Shown here in pieces: positions 1 to 13,571 of a stretch of DNA of 64,000 bases. The translations under genes and the position numbers were made by a program. This stretch comes from an uncultured cyanobacterium (GTDB taxonomy: Bacteria > Cyanobacteriota > Cyanobacteriia > Pseudanabaenales > Pseudanabaenaceae): NCBI GenBank assembly GCA_963703315.1, contig OY969811.1:512001-576000 (forward strand), read 5' to 3'. Under the pieces are notes generated by a model. It saw only the letters and a list, made by a program, of their open reading frames with translations, had not been told where the DNA came from and did no database searches. Each line of letters opens with the position of its first letter. Within the stretch, counting starts at the first letter, position 1.

Positions 1-1
1 T

Positions 2-169
2 CTAGGCATTGAGCTTGGTCTTGCCCCCAACTGGACAACCCAAATCCTTAAACAAGTAGGAAATTATAGTGATATTTATAATCGTAATCTAGTTCCCTTA
101 GACATTCCACGCGGTTTAAATCGCTCTTGGAAGCAGGGTGGTTTACTCTATTCGATGCCCTTTCGCTAA
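2..169 (+). CDS. 3' end of amino-acid ABC transporter substrate-binding protein (AapJ/BztA-like), partial
   Basis: Manual translation ...QVGNYSDIYNRNL...PRGLNRSWKQGGLLYSMPFR* matches the typical C-terminus of this family; not in the ORF track. Confidence 0.8.
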   Translation, partial: LGIELGLAPNWTTQILKQVGNYSDIYNRNLVPLDIPRGLNRSWKQGGLLYSMPFR

Positions 170-174
170 TGAAA

Positions 175-253
175 TATAGCGCTTTTCAAGCAAGTGAAGT
201 ATGGAATTGTTTCCCCACCTTTGGCGGGGAAACAATTCCATACTTCATTAGAA
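175..253. repeat. Dispersed hairpin element, family B
   Basis: 22-bp stem 195-216/226-247 preceded by tatagcgcttttcaagcaag; degenerate copies near 30640-30735 and 34434-34504. Confidence 0.6.
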
Positions 254-287
254 CCTATTTAAGAAAACAAGAGAGCAGCTAAAAGGG

Positions 288-400
288 TATAAAAAAAGGG
301 CAAGATAGGACATAAACCCCAAGAAGCGAGGTGCGGCGCGGAGTGCCGCACCTCGCTTCTTGGGGTTTAGTTTGTACTAACCAACTCTTGCTTTGCTATA
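288..400. mobile_element. MITE/REP-like hairpin element, family A
   Basis: taggacataaacccc-aagaagcgaggtgcggcgc-gga-gtgccgcacctcgcttctt-ggggttt...gctata. Confidence 0.6.
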
Positions 401-451
401 TACCTTGCTTTAATTCGTAAAATGTTACGTGATCTCACTCCCCAGACTTCT

Positions 452-566
452 TATAGCGGTAGCCAGTTATGTTAGGACAAACCCAAAACCCAAAAGAGAG
501 TTGCGGCGCTACGCGCCGCAACTCTCTTTTGGGTTTTATGTCTTAACTAAAATGGCTATAGCTATA
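452..566. mobile_element. MITE/REP-like hairpin element, family A (115 bp)
   Basis: TATAGC...GCTATA ends; central stem aaaagagagttgcggcgc-tac-gcgccgcaactctctttt. Confidence 0.7.
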
Positions 567-610
567 AATGGATTCTAAAATACAGGCAATCACCAAACAC
601 TCTCAAACCC

Positions 611-901
611 ATGCCCCAAATCAATTTCCAAATTAGCTGGCCCAATGGTTCCGAACAGACTTGTTACTCTCCATCTCTAATTGTCAAAGAATATTTTGAA
701 CCCAATGTTGAATATAAATTAGATGAGTTCATAGAATCTGCACGAACAGCCCTTAATATTGCTAGCGATCGCGTTCAAGCTAAGTATGGGTTTCCTTGTG
801 GATTAGCGATCGGGCAGTTACAAGATATTGAAGCTAGAGCATCTGCGTATCAAAGTCTAGAAAATCCTAAAGTCAAGTTTATCCGCTTTATTGAGTCTTA
901 G
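611..901 (+). CDS. MSMEG_0570 family protein (Nit1C-cluster associated)
   Basis: Motifs F-x-I-x-WPNG...CYSPSL and ASDRVQAKYGFPC. Confidence 0.8.
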   Translation: MPQINFQISWPNGSEQTCYSPSLIVKEYFEPNVEYKLDEFIESARTALNIASDRVQAKYGFPCGLAIGQLQDIEARASAYQSLENPKVKFIRFIES

Positions 902-1044
902 ACCTGTAAAGTTGCGCCCCTGCGGGGCGCAACTTTGCGGGTTTGGGTTTGGTAGTTCATCTACCTACAATCTTTCGCCAAGATTGGTTTACTGTAATCC
1001 TGTGAGTTATGATGCTCTGAGTGCGTTTAGGTAAATAAAAGTCC

Positions 1045-2319
1045 GTGTTAGACATTAAGCTCGTGCGATCGCAGCCCGAACAGGTGCAAGCTCGCCTCAA
1101 CAGTCGAGGCAAAGGTTACGACATTAGTAGACTGGTCGAACTAGAGCAGGAAGTTCGTGCCTTAGAAACTCAGCGATCGCATTTGCAAGCCGAAAGCAAT
1201 GACATCGGTAAGCAAGTTGGCATCAAAATGAAATCAGGTGCGCCCGCCGCCGAAATTGAAGCACTCAAAGCGCGATCGCCCGAAATCAAACAACAACTAG
1301 CAGAACTAGAACCCAAAGAAAAAGCACTGCGTGAAGAAAGCAATGCCATCTTGATGACCTTGCCCAATTTGCCTAGCGAAACCACTCCCATCGGTGCAAA
1401 TGAAACCGAAAATGTGGAAATCCGACGTTGGGGTGATGAATATAAAACTACGCGCTCCGATATTCTGCCCCACTGGGAAATTGGCGAAAAACTAGGCATT
1501 CTCAATTTTGAACGGGCTGTTAAAATCTCTCAAGCTCGCTTTGTAAACTTAATCGGTGCTGGTGCTGCCCTCGAACGTGCCTTAATTCAGTTCATGCTGA
1601 ATACCCATACCGCCAATGGCTATGTGGAAGTCGCACCGCCGCTTTTGGTGAATACTGCTAGCATGACAGGCACTGGACAATTACCGAAGTTTGCCGAAGA
1701 CTTATTCAAATGTGCCGAAGATGAACTGTGGCTGATTCCCACTGCGGAAGTCCCTGTGACGAACTTATATCGCGATGAAATCTTTGAGGAAGAATCTTTA
1801 CCTGTTCATCATTGCGCCTATACCCCATGTTTTCGTCGAGAAGCAGGTAGCTATGGACGTGATACTAGAGGCTTGATTCGGTTGCACCAGTTCAACAAAG
1901 TGGAACTCGTTAAATTTGTGCGTCCCGAAAACTCGGCGGCAGAGCATGAACAACTAGTACGTGATGCGGAATCAATTTTGCAAGCCTTGAAACTTCCCTA
2001 TCGAGTGCTTGAACTCTGTACAGGTGATATAGGCTTTAGTGCAGCGAAATGTTACGACCTTGAAGTATGGCTACCGACCGCAAATACCTATCGCGAAATT
2101 TCTAGCTGCTCGAACTTTCTTGATTTCCAAGCCCGACGTGCGAATATTCGCTTTAAGAGTAAGGGCAAGAAGGGAACGGAATTTTTGCATACGCTCAATG
2201 GCTCAGGATTGGCAGTTGGACGCACTATGTCCGCAATTCTAGAAAACTATCAGCAACCTGACGGACGAATTTTAATTCCTGAAGTGTTACAACCTCTGTT
2301 AAACAGAGAATATCTCTAA
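1045..2319 (+). CDS. serS: Serine--tRNA ligase
   Basis: MLDIK start, [48 protein letters not shown]. Confidence 0.98.
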   Translation: MLDIKLVRSQPEQVQARLNSRGKGYDISRLVELEQEVRALETQRSHLQAESNDIGKQVGIKMKSGAPAAEIEALKARSPEIKQQLAELEPKEKALREESNAILMTLPNLPSETTPIGANETENVEIRRWGDEYKTTRSDILPHWEIGEKLGILNFERAVKISQARFVNLIGAGAALERALIQFMLNTHTANGYVEVAPPLLVNTASMTGTGQLPKFAEDLFKCAEDELWLIPTAEVPVTNLYRDEIFEEESLPVHHCAYTPCFRREAGSYGRDTRGLIRLHQFNKVELVKFVRPENSAAEHEQLVRDAESILQALKLPYRVLELCTGDIGFSAAKCYDLEVWLPTANTYREISSCSNFLDFQARRANIRFKSKGKKGTEFLHTLNGSGLAVGRTMSAILENYQQPDGRILIPEVLQPLLNREYL

Positions 2320-2370
2320 AAAAAGCAATCTGTACGTGCTTTTTTTAGAAAACTATCGCGAGACTCAACT

Positions 2371-3042
2371 ATGGCAACAATCCACCGACTGCATCCCGAC
2401 AATCCCCAAGCCCGCACGATCGCTCAGATTGTGAATGCTTTGCGTGATGGGGCGGTCATGCTCTATCCGACGGATACTGTCTATGCGATCGGTTGCGACC
2501 TAATGTCTAAGTCAGCTCTAGAACGTGTGCGTAAACTCAAGCAGATGTCGAATGACAAGCCGCTGACATTTTTATGCTCATCGCTCTCGAATATTGCAGA
2601 ATATGCGATCGTTTCTAATGCTAACTATCGCACGATGAAAAGCTTGGTTCCAGGTCCTTTTACCTTCATTTTGCCAGCGACTAAGCTTGTCCCAAAATTA
2701 GTCCAAAATCCTAAACGCAAAACTACAGGGATTCGCGTTCCTGATCATGGCGTATCTCAGACGATAATTGAGGCGTTAGGAAATCCGATTATTTCCACAT
2801 CGGCAAATTTGACGGAAGACGATCTGGATGATGAGGACTTTAGCTCTCAGAACAAAAATAATAAGCAGCGCAATGTTTGTAATTTGCCTAAAATTGAGCT
2901 ATTTGATTATTTTTCTAAGTTAGTTGATTTCATCGTCGATGACGGCTCTGACCATAGCTATGAAGTTTCTACTATCCTCGACTTGACCGATGATCTCAAT
3001 CCGCAAGTCCTGCGTCAAGGTTTAGGCAAAGTAGACTTCTAA
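2371..3042 (+). CDS. Sua5/YciO/YrdC family protein (L-threonylcarbamoyladenylate synthase-like)
   Basis: YPTDTVYAIGC, PGPFTFIL, GIRVPD, ISTSAN. Confidence 0.9.
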   Translation: MATIHRLHPDNPQARTIAQIVNALRDGAVMLYPTDTVYAIGCDLMSKSALERVRKLKQMSNDKPLTFLCSSLSNIAEYAIVSNANYRTMKSLVPGPFTFILPATKLVPKLVQNPKRKTTGIRVPDHGVSQTIIEALGNPIISTSANLTEDDLDDEDFSSQNKNNKQRNVCNLPKIELFDYFSKLVDFIVDDGSDHSYEVSTILDLTDDLNPQVLRQGLGKVDF

Positions 3043-3088
3043 TAAAAAGAGTAGCAGCGCTTAGCGCTGCTACTCTTTTTATTAGAAG
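3036..3088. terminator. 25-bp perfect hairpin between convergent genes, probable bidirectional terminator
   Basis: cttctaataaaaagagtagcagcgc-tta-gcgctgctactctttttattagaag; the left arm contains the upstream stop codon. Confidence 0.7.
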
Positions 3089-3135
3089 CTTAGTTGCACC
3101 GCAACTAAGCTTTTGGGTGACTGGTGACAAGATAT

Positions 3136-5473
<2,338 letters not shown>

Positions 5474-5668
5474 CTAATACCTGTACGTTTAAATTTTTTT
5501 GATTACTTGTCTCCATCTTACTTTGCAAAGCTTAATAATTTACTAATTTTTTGCCAAAACCAGAGAGGACTAGCTCCTAACTTTTGATGCTGGTGTGGGA
5601 TTTTTCCAGTACTATGCCTCTTTGTTTTACTGCTCACGCCTTACCTAACCAGTGATGCGCTCAGCTAC

Positions 5669-6376
5669 TTATACTGTTTGCAAATTTTGCATCGCTCGTT
5701 GCGCGTAATAACGCATCTCTTCAGCCCTGCGCCATAATTCTTGTCCTGTATGTAAATGATGATCGTCAAAATTTAAGGTGAAATAATTTAATTCTTCGAT
5801 GCCGTCACTAATCGCATTGAGACAATGGTAAAGATAGCTAGCGATTCCTGCGGCTGAGGCAGGATTAGGAAATGCCCTAAAGAAGATTTGCGCTTTGGCG
5901 TAGGAGCCACGACATTCATCAATATAGTCTTCAAAATCTTCCATCAGTCCATCATCGTACGGATCATCCGCCAATGCATCAATCTGTTCATCTAGACTAT
6001 CGAGAATAACTTCCAGCATTTCGATGATTGGCTCATAAACCTGTCTCAGCCATTGATTTAGCTTCTGATCTTCATTGAGATGGGTTTCACGCTTGGAAGG
6101 CGATCGCTTGATGCCATGAGATGCGCTATTAGGATTGTGTTTAATACCAAGACTGCGATCGTAATGAGCGCGAGATTGGGGATTGCTCAGCACCTCGTAA
6201 GCAAGATTAATTGAGGCAATATCATCGTGATTATCAAGGTGGTGATTACAATCAGGATGAAACTCTTTGACCAGACCACGATAGGCACTCTTGACCTCAG
6301 CAGGAGCAGCGTTATAGCTAATTCTTAGGGTCTTGTAATGATTGATTTGTTGGATGCGATCGCTTGTCCTAGCCAT
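5669..6376 (-). CDS. DnaJ-domain protein
   Basis: J-domain with HPD motif (KEFHPD) and AYEVLS; cyanobacterial-type C-terminal region. Confidence 0.9.
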   Translation of the reverse strand: MARTSDRIQQINHYKTLRISYNAAPAEVKSAYRGLVKEFHPDCNHHLDNHDDIASINLAYEVLSNPQSRAHYDRSLGIKHNPNSASHGIKRSPSKRETHLNEDQKLNQWLRQVYEPIIEMLEVILDSLDEQIDALADDPYDDGLMEDFEDYIDECRGSYAKAQIFFRAFPNPASAAGIASYLYHCLNAISDGIEELNYFTLNFDDHHLHTGQELWRRAEEMRYYAQRAMQNLQTV

Positions 6377-6569
6377 GTCCTTAGTGATTAATCTACGTGT
6401 ATGCTGATTTTTTTATGCTTGTCATACCGAATGTATGGATCTCGATATTCTCGAAACGTGAATTTCTAAACAGTGCAAAACTTATCTATTAAGCATTTTG
6501 CAGGGATATTCTATCAACGTCAACCACTTGACATTTAACGATCTGATTCATCACCGCCTGAAACATTGA

Positions 6570-6830
6570 CCCAAAAATCGTAGGAGAAATCTTACCCCAA
6601 TCAAATCCACAAGCCGAATAGATGCACATGGTTCACAAAATCCTTTTCCCATCCCTGACATGGCTGGCAAAGTGAAAATCTTAGGTGATATTGTAAGTCC
6701 CATTGTCGATGAAGAGGACTGGGAATGTCTGAAATATCTGAAATAATTTTTCTCGACACACATATTTGGATATGGCTAATCAACTCAAACGTCGATCAGT
6801 TTCTCTCATCTTGGCTTGAGCATTTTGAGT
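6570..6830 (+). pseudogene. Relic of a type II toxin-antitoxin pair: antitoxin C-terminus plus truncated PIN/VapC toxin
   Basis: Frame ending at 6746 reads ...MAGKVKILGDIVSPIVDEEDWECLKYLK*; an overlapping ATG at 6725 reads MSEISEIIFLDTHIWIWLIN..., with PIN-like sequence ending at the hairpin near 6830. Confidence 0.7.
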
Positions 6831-6869
6831 TAAAAAGAGAGAAGCACCCGTCGGGTGCTTCTCTCTTTA
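6830..6869. terminator. Hairpin at the end of ndhJ
   Basis: aaagagagaagcaccc-gtc-gggtgcttctctcttt. Confidence 0.65.
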
Positions 6870-7406
6870 ATATGCGTCTTGTAATTCGTAAAAGTCTGGT
6901 GTGACGTAATCCTTACGCATCGGATAGCCGATCCAGTCTTCGGGCATGAGAATCCGCTTGAGATTGGGATGTCCTTCGTAGATGATGCCGTACATATCGA
7001 AGGTTTCGCGCTCTTGCCAATCTGCTGTTTTCCAGATCCAGTAGACCGATGGACAACGGGGATCGGTGCGAGGCAGAAATACCTTAATGCGGACTTCTTC
7101 AAGGCGATTGCTTTTATTAATCCCCTCATCACTGAGCTTACCCAGATGATAAACACTCACCAAACTATCGCCAGCACCAGCATCATAACCACATTGCATC
7201 ATCAAGTAGTTAAAGCCATAGGCATAAAGCGCAGTGGAAAATGGAAGTAAAAATTGGCGATCAATTTTGAGAATGGGAACGCCTTGCTTATCTAAGCCCA
7301 AAAACTCATGCTCAAAACCATTGCTAGTTAGCCATTGCGAGACTGGGGCAGTTACCTCAGTCGTAGCTAAAGCCGCTTCTTGATTTTCTGATTGATTATC
7401 TGCCAA
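6867..7406 (-). CDS. ndhJ: NAD(P)H-quinone oxidoreductase subunit J
   Basis: [45 protein letters not shown]. Confidence 0.97.
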   Translation of the reverse strand: MADNQSENQEAALATTEVTAPVSQWLTSNGFEHEFLGLDKQGVPILKIDRQFLLPFSTALYAYGFNYLMMQCGYDAGAGDSLVSVYHLGKLSDEGINKSNRLEEVRIKVFLPRTDPRCPSVYWIWKTADWQERETFDMYGIIYEGHPNLKRILMPEDWIGYPMRKDYVTPDFYELQDAY

Positions 7407-8142
7407 CGGTTTCGACCTCCTTCTGAGCCATTTGCAATGCAGGTAAAGGAATGCCAGATTCGACTAATTCCTTGGGTGGAGCCATACGGCTAGGCATTTC
7501 TAGGTATTGTCCAGTTAGGATGGGGCTAACCACCTTCATCTCATGCTTGATTGCATAATAACGATGGGTGCGATCGAGATTCGCTCTTTCGTTAAACCCT
7601 TCAGTACCAATTTTTTTGCGTAATTTGATGATTGCGTCCATGATTGCTTCAGGACGAGGAGGACATCCGGGGATATACACATCAACGGGAATTAACTTAT
7701 CAACACCGCGTACTGTTGTATAGGAATCGGTGCTAAACATTCCGCCCGTAATCGTGCAAGCGCCCATCGCAATTACATATTTTGGTTCTTGCATCTGCTC
7801 ATAGAGACGCACCAATGCAGGAGCCATTTTCATGGTGACTGTGCCTGCGGTGATGATCAAGTCAGCTTGGCGAGGACTGGAACGAGGCAATAGACCAAAG
7901 CGATCGAAGTCAAATCTAGAGCCGATCATCGCTGCAAACTCAATGAAGCAGCAGCTAGTGCCATAGAGCATTGGCCAAAGGCTAGACATTCTCGACCAGT
8001 TATAGAGGTCATTGAGAGTGGTCAAAATGACATTATTGGACAAGTCTTGAGTGACTTGTGGTGTGGCGGCAGGATTGATAAGGCGTTGAGTTTGTTCTTC
8101 AATGCTAAAGTCCAGACCAACATTTTCGGATTTCATGACCAT
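7396..8142 (-). CDS. ndhK: NAD(P)H-quinone oxidoreductase subunit K
   Basis: [33 protein letters not shown]; start placed at ATG 8142, overlapping the ndhC stop. Confidence 0.96.
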   Translation of the reverse strand: MVMKSENVGLDFSIEEQTQRLINPAATPQVTQDLSNNVILTTLNDLYNWSRMSSLWPMLYGTSCCFIEFAAMIGSRFDFDRFGLLPRSSPRQADLIITAGTVTMKMAPALVRLYEQMQEPKYVIAMGACTITGGMFSTDSYTTVRGVDKLIPVDVYIPGCPPRPEAIMDAIIKLRKKIGTEGFNERANLDRTHRYYAIKHEMKVVSPILTGQYLEMPSRMAPPKELVESGIPLPALQMAQKEVETVGR

Positions 8143-8492
8143 TCTAAGGCTCCTTTTCTCCAAGCGTAGACTAGACCTAAGACAAGAATGCTAATAAAGA
8201 TTAGTGCTTCCACAAAGGCAAGTAAGCCTAGTTTACTAAATGCGACTGCCCAAGGGTATAGAAATACCGTTTCTACGTCGAAAATTACGAAGGCAAGCGC
8301 GAACATATAATAACGAATATTAAACTGGATCCAAGCTCCCCCAATGGGTTCACAGCCAGACTCGTAGGTGGTGCGACCTGCGGCTCCAGACTGCTTTGGG
8401 CTTAAAAGACCAGATAGTACTAATCCCAATATCGGGACAAGCGTACAAACGATAATGAATACCAATAAGTATTCGTATCCGCTTAAAACCAA
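8133..8492 (-). CDS. ndhC: NAD(P)H-quinone oxidoreductase subunit 3
   Basis: [47 protein letters not shown]. Confidence 0.97.
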   Translation of the reverse strand: MVLSGYEYLLVFIIVCTLVPILGLVLSGLLSPKQSGAAGRTTYESGCEPIGGAWIQFNIRYYMFALAFVIFDVETVFLYPWAVAFSKLGLLAFVEALIFISILVLGLVYAWRKGALEWS

Positions 8493-8880
8493 AATTTATT
8501 ACCTCTTCAAGCTAGCTTGACTAAATTCTAATTTGTGACGTGCCTTAGCTACTGCTACAAATTAGGAGATTCTGATTACATTATATGGGTGTGGTGGTAG
8601 ATGAAAATTTGTTACAGACTAGAAATTTTTCTATAGTTTGGCTTATATAATTGAAACTTATGTCAAATGCTGTTAATTCAAGGCTTTAGCGGCGATCGCA
8701 GTTTTCGACTACCCCGCAATCATTTTGTATTAATTTCATTAATTTATCCCAGAATATATTTCTACAATCGCTTTTATTGCTGTTTTTACTACACAATTTA
8801 AAATTTATGCTGGGCATTGCAAAGCCTTGTCTAGCATAGAAAACAAAACAATTTTTAATTAAAAATTTTTAGGAGAAACC

Positions 8881-9615
8881 ATGAGTCAAGGTTTGGCAAC
8901 GCTTTTGCGTGTAGGCACACAAAAATCTCACTCAGCAGCAGAGAGTACTGATTTTATTAAATGCTTTTTAAAAGGCGTAGTTGACAAGACCTCCTATAGC
9001 AGACTTGTCGGGAACCTTTACTTTGTTTACAAAGCGATCGAAGCAGAGTTTGAAGTTCACAAAAATGATCCAGTTCTGAGCAAGCTCTACTACCGCGAAT
9101 TGTGGCGCGAAAAGAGCCTAGAACTCGATATGTTGTTTTACTTTGGCTCCAACTGGCGCGAAGATTTTAAGCCTACCCCTGCTTGCGAAAAGTATCTTGC
9201 CCGTATCCGTGAGATTTCGGCGACTGATCCTGTTTTGCTAGTAGCTCATGCTTACACTCGCTACATGGGCGATCTTTCGGGTGGTCAAATCCTTAAGAAA
9301 ATCGCCAAAGAGGCGATGGGCTTACAGGATGAAAGGGGTACTGCCTTCTACGAATTTGACGACATCCGCAATCATGGCGAATTCAAAAAGCGCTACCGTG
9401 AAGCTCTGGATACCTTACCTGTAGATGCCGCCACTGCTGAACGCATTGTTGATGAGGCTAATGCTTCGTTCCACATGAATATGGCAATGTTCCGCGAGCT
9501 AGAAGGTAATTGGTTTGTGGCTCTAACTAAGTTTGGCTGGAATTCTTTAGTTACGAAGATCAAGGGTGAACCCAAAAACACCTCTGTCCGTCGCGAATCT
9601 AATGCGGCTAGCTAA
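8881..9615 (+). CDS. ho1: Heme oxygenase (biliverdin-producing)
   Basis: LRVGTQKSHSAAE, AHAYTRYMGDLSGGQIL; GGAG RBS upstream. Confidence 0.92.
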   Translation: MSQGLATLLRVGTQKSHSAAESTDFIKCFLKGVVDKTSYSRLVGNLYFVYKAIEAEFEVHKNDPVLSKLYYRELWREKSLELDMLFYFGSNWREDFKPTPACEKYLARIREISATDPVLLVAHAYTRYMGDLSGGQILKKIAKEAMGLQDERGTAFYEFDDIRNHGEFKKRYREALDTLPVDAATAERIVDEANASFHMNMAMFRELEGNWFVALTKFGWNSLVTKIKGEPKNTSVRRESNAAS

Positions 9616-9622
9616 TTAACAA

Positions 9623-9659
9623 CAATAAAAAAGGGGCGCTTCGCGCCCCTTTTTTATTG
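9623..9659. terminator. Bidirectional terminator-like hairpin
   Basis: caataaaaaaggggcgc-ttc-gcgccccttttttattg between convergent ho1 and gor. Confidence 0.75.
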
Positions 9660-11024
9660 CATGGTGACAAATTCTTCGGCGGCAGTGGGGTGCATTGCCA
9701 TCGTATTATCTAGATCTTTTTTGCAACCGCCCATTGTGACGACTAGGGACATACCTTGAATGATTTCGGCAGCATCTTTACCGACCATGTGCAAACCGAC
9801 AACTCGTTCCTCTTCACCAACGACAATTAATTTCATCATTGTTTTCGCTTCCCCACCTGCGAGACTGTAAAACATGGGGCGAAACTTAGTTTTATAGACC
9901 TTCACCAGATCGCCATATACTTCACGCGCCTTTTCTTCAGATAAGCCAACGCTAGCGGCTTCGGGTTGAGAGAAGACAGCCGAGGGAATATTTTTGTGGC
10001 TAATATAACGTGGTTTATGTCCATAAACCGTATCGGCAAAGGCGCGACCTTCAGCGATCGCCACAGGTGTTAAATTCACGCGATTGGTACAGTCACCGAT
10101 CGCATAGATATGGGGTTGATTGGTACAGCTATCTTTGGTAACGGCGATCGCGCCCTTAACAACTGCGATTCCTGCTTGCTCTAGCTTGAGGGGGACAAGA
10201 TTTGGATTACGTCCTGTTGCCGCTAAGACAACATCAGCATTGACCTGTTGCGCCTTGCCTTCTCCATCATTAAAGGAAATCGTTAATGCGTTTTCATGTT
10301 CCTGACTATTCTTGGCAATCTTGAGGGAATTGCTATCAATGCAGGTGTGGAAATTGATGCCGTGATTGAACATCCCTTCTTGCACGTTGGTACGCACATC
10401 GTTGTCAAATCCTTTTAAGACATAGCGATCGCGGATTATTTGCGTAACTTCGGCTCCAAGTCCCCGCATGATACCTGCAAACTCAGTCCCAATATAACCA
10501 CCCCCAATCACCGCAAATCGTTTGGGAAACTGCGGCAACAAAAACATCTCTTTAGATGTGATGGTATATTCAATACCTGCTAAATCAGGTTTGAAGGCTT
10601 CACCTCCTACCGAAATCAAGATGCGTTCGGCGGTAAATTGGCGATCGCCCACTGCTACTGTATGAGCATCAACAAATTTGGTAAATCCTGAAATTAGCTC
10701 CACATTATTCTTTTCTAAGAAACTAATGTGCAGTTTATTTAATCTTGATACTTCTGTTTGAATAGCATCGCGTAGTTTCTCCCAATTCAAAATTCCTTCA
10801 GGAATTGTCCAGCCATAGCCTGTTGATTCGTGGGAGAAATGGGAAAAGTGGGAGGCATAAACCATCAACTTTTTGGGAACACAACCACGAATTACACAAG
10901 TCCCACCTACTAAATCACCTTCCGCGATCGCTACTTTTGCCCCATAGCTGGCGGCGCGTTTTGATGCGGCAAGCCCCCCACTACCTGCACCAATTACAAA
11001 TAAGTCATAATCAAAATTTGTCAT
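9654..11024 (-). CDS. gor: Glutathione-disulfide reductase
   Basis: GAGSGG, GGTCVIRGCVPKK, HPTAAEEFVTM; start moved to MTNFDYDL because the longer ORF begins inside a repeat element. Confidence 0.95.
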   Translation of the reverse strand: MTNFDYDLFVIGAGSGGLAASKRAASYGAKVAIAEGDLVGGTCVIRGCVPKKLMVYASHFSHFSHESTGYGWTIPEGILNWEKLRDAIQTEVSRLNKLHISFLEKNNVELISGFTKFVDAHTVAVGDRQFTAERILISVGGEAFKPDLAGIEYTITSKEMFLLPQFPKRFAVIGGGYIGTEFAGIMRGLGAEVTQIIRDRYVLKGFDNDVRTNVQEGMFNHGINFHTCIDSNSLKIAKNSQEHENALTISFNDGEGKAQQVNADVVLAATGRNPNLVPLKLEQAGIAVVKGAIAVTKDSCTNQPHIYAIGDCTNRVNLTPVAIAEGRAFADTVYGHKPRYISHKNIPSAVFSQPEAASVGLSEEKAREVYGDLVKVYKTKFRPMFYSLAGGEAKTMMKLIVVGEEERVVGLHMVGKDAAEIIQGMSLVVTMGGCKKDLDNTMAMHPTAAEEFVTMQ

Positions 11025-11035
11025 ATTTTTATTTG

Positions 11036-11150
11036 TATAGCTGTCGCCAGTCTTGTTAGGACACAAAACCAGAAGACGAGTAGCGGCGCTTCGCGCCGCT
11101 ACTCGCTTCTTGGCTTTGGATTTGTCTTAATACCAATGGCGACAGCTATA
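11036..11150. mobile_element. MITE/REP-like element, family A, best-preserved copy
   Basis: 14-bp terminal inverted repeats TATAGCTGTCGCCA/TGGCGACAGCTATA plus a central GC hairpin. Confidence 0.8.
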
Positions 11151-11177
11151 AGTTATATGGATAAATTGTCCACATCT

Positions 11178-11282
11178 TATACCAAAACTAAAAATGGTGT
11201 AGCCATTTTTAGTTTTGAAAGCCTTTACTGGGTTTGTTTTTTAATTTACAAAAGTGTGACAACACTTTTGTAAATTGGTATA
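11178..11282. mobile_element. Double-hairpin MITE-like element, family C
   Basis: TATACCAA...TTGGTATA ends and two internal hairpins; copies at 17668 and 38581, fragments elsewhere. Confidence 0.75.
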
Positions 11283-11319
11283 GCTCTATTAAATTTTTGT
11301 CTTGCACTTAGAAAATTTC

Positions 11320-11353
11320 AATAAAAAAGAGGGTATATACCCTCTTTTTTATT
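11320..11353 (-). terminator. Intrinsic terminator after atpA
   Basis: aataaaaaagagggtatataccctcttttttatt. Confidence 0.7.
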
Positions 11354-11367
11354 AGCTTGTTTGTTAA

Positions 11368-12894
<1,527 letters not shown>

Positions 12895-12937
12895 TTACCA
12901 GTTATCAGCGATCGATTTGTTTTTAATGTTTTAGGGG

Positions 12938-12965
12938 TTAGCAATTAGCTATTAGCTATTAGCTT
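12938..12965. repeat. STRR-like heptamer tandem repeat
   Basis: ttagcaa ttagcta ttagcta ttagctt. Confidence 0.6.
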
Positions 12966-13005
12966 TTTAATGATTGGAGTAGTAATTCGTAATTACTATT
13001 ACCTT

Positions 13006-13563
13006 CTAAACGCCAGCAGTTAGACTGCTTTTTAGTCGGCGCAGTTGTCCACGAATGCTGGCATCTACTACTTGAGAACCAACTTTAATGATGACACCAC
13101 CAATTAAGTCAGAATTAATTGTGACATCAAATTCCACAGCCTTTGCGCCAGTCATCTTTTTGACTCGATCGCGTAAGTTATCTTCTTGCGCTCTACTCAG
13201 TTGCAAAGCAGAAGTGATTTCGGCAAGAGCAACGCCATCAATTACGCGCAATAGAGACTGAAAATGCTTGATGATATCGCCCAGAAACGCAATGCGTTTG
13301 CGGTCAACTAAGAGAAGTAAAAAGCTTTTGGTAAATGCATTTACTTGCGAACCAAAAACACTTTCAATTACGCCCTTTTTGACATTTGCGCCGATGAGGG
13401 GACTTGCAAATAGTTGAGATAATTCAACGGAGTCGCTAAGAGTTTCACCAATTAATCGCACATCTCTGGCGATCGCATCAAGACTATTTTGCTCCTGAGC
13501 CAAAGAGATCAAAGCGTCGGCGTAGGGAGCAACGACAGCTTGACTAACAGAACTAGATTTCAT
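13006..13563 (-). CDS. atpH: ATP synthase F1 subunit delta (cyanobacterial atpD)
   Basis: PYADAL, LLVDRKRI, LIGGVIIKVGSQVVDASIRGQL; operon position. Confidence 0.96.
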   Translation of the reverse strand: MKSSSVSQAVVAPYADALISLAQEQNSLDAIARDVRLIGETLSDSVELSQLFASPLIGANVKKGVIESVFGSQVNAFTKSFLLLLVDRKRIAFLGDIIKHFQSLLRVIDGVALAEITSALQLSRAQEDNLRDRVKKMTGAKAVEFDVTINSDLIGGVIIKVGSQVVDASIRGQLRRLKSSLTAGV

Positions 13564-13571
13564 GTTTTCTC

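Noticed and set aside
288..566. Successive palindromic repeats as a CRISPR array
   Set aside because: The units are not identical direct repeats with regular unique spacers, there are no cas genes, and copies are dispersed.
6551..6783. Minus-strand 70-aa and 60-aa ORFs
   Set aside because: They are antisense shadows of the plus-strand toxin-antitoxin relic.
11025..11066. N-terminal extensions of gor (also 24038-24148, 29055-29132, 47695-47733, 59970-59996)
   Set aside because: The upstream starts fall in or next to repeat elements, and family-like sequence begins at the downstream ATG.
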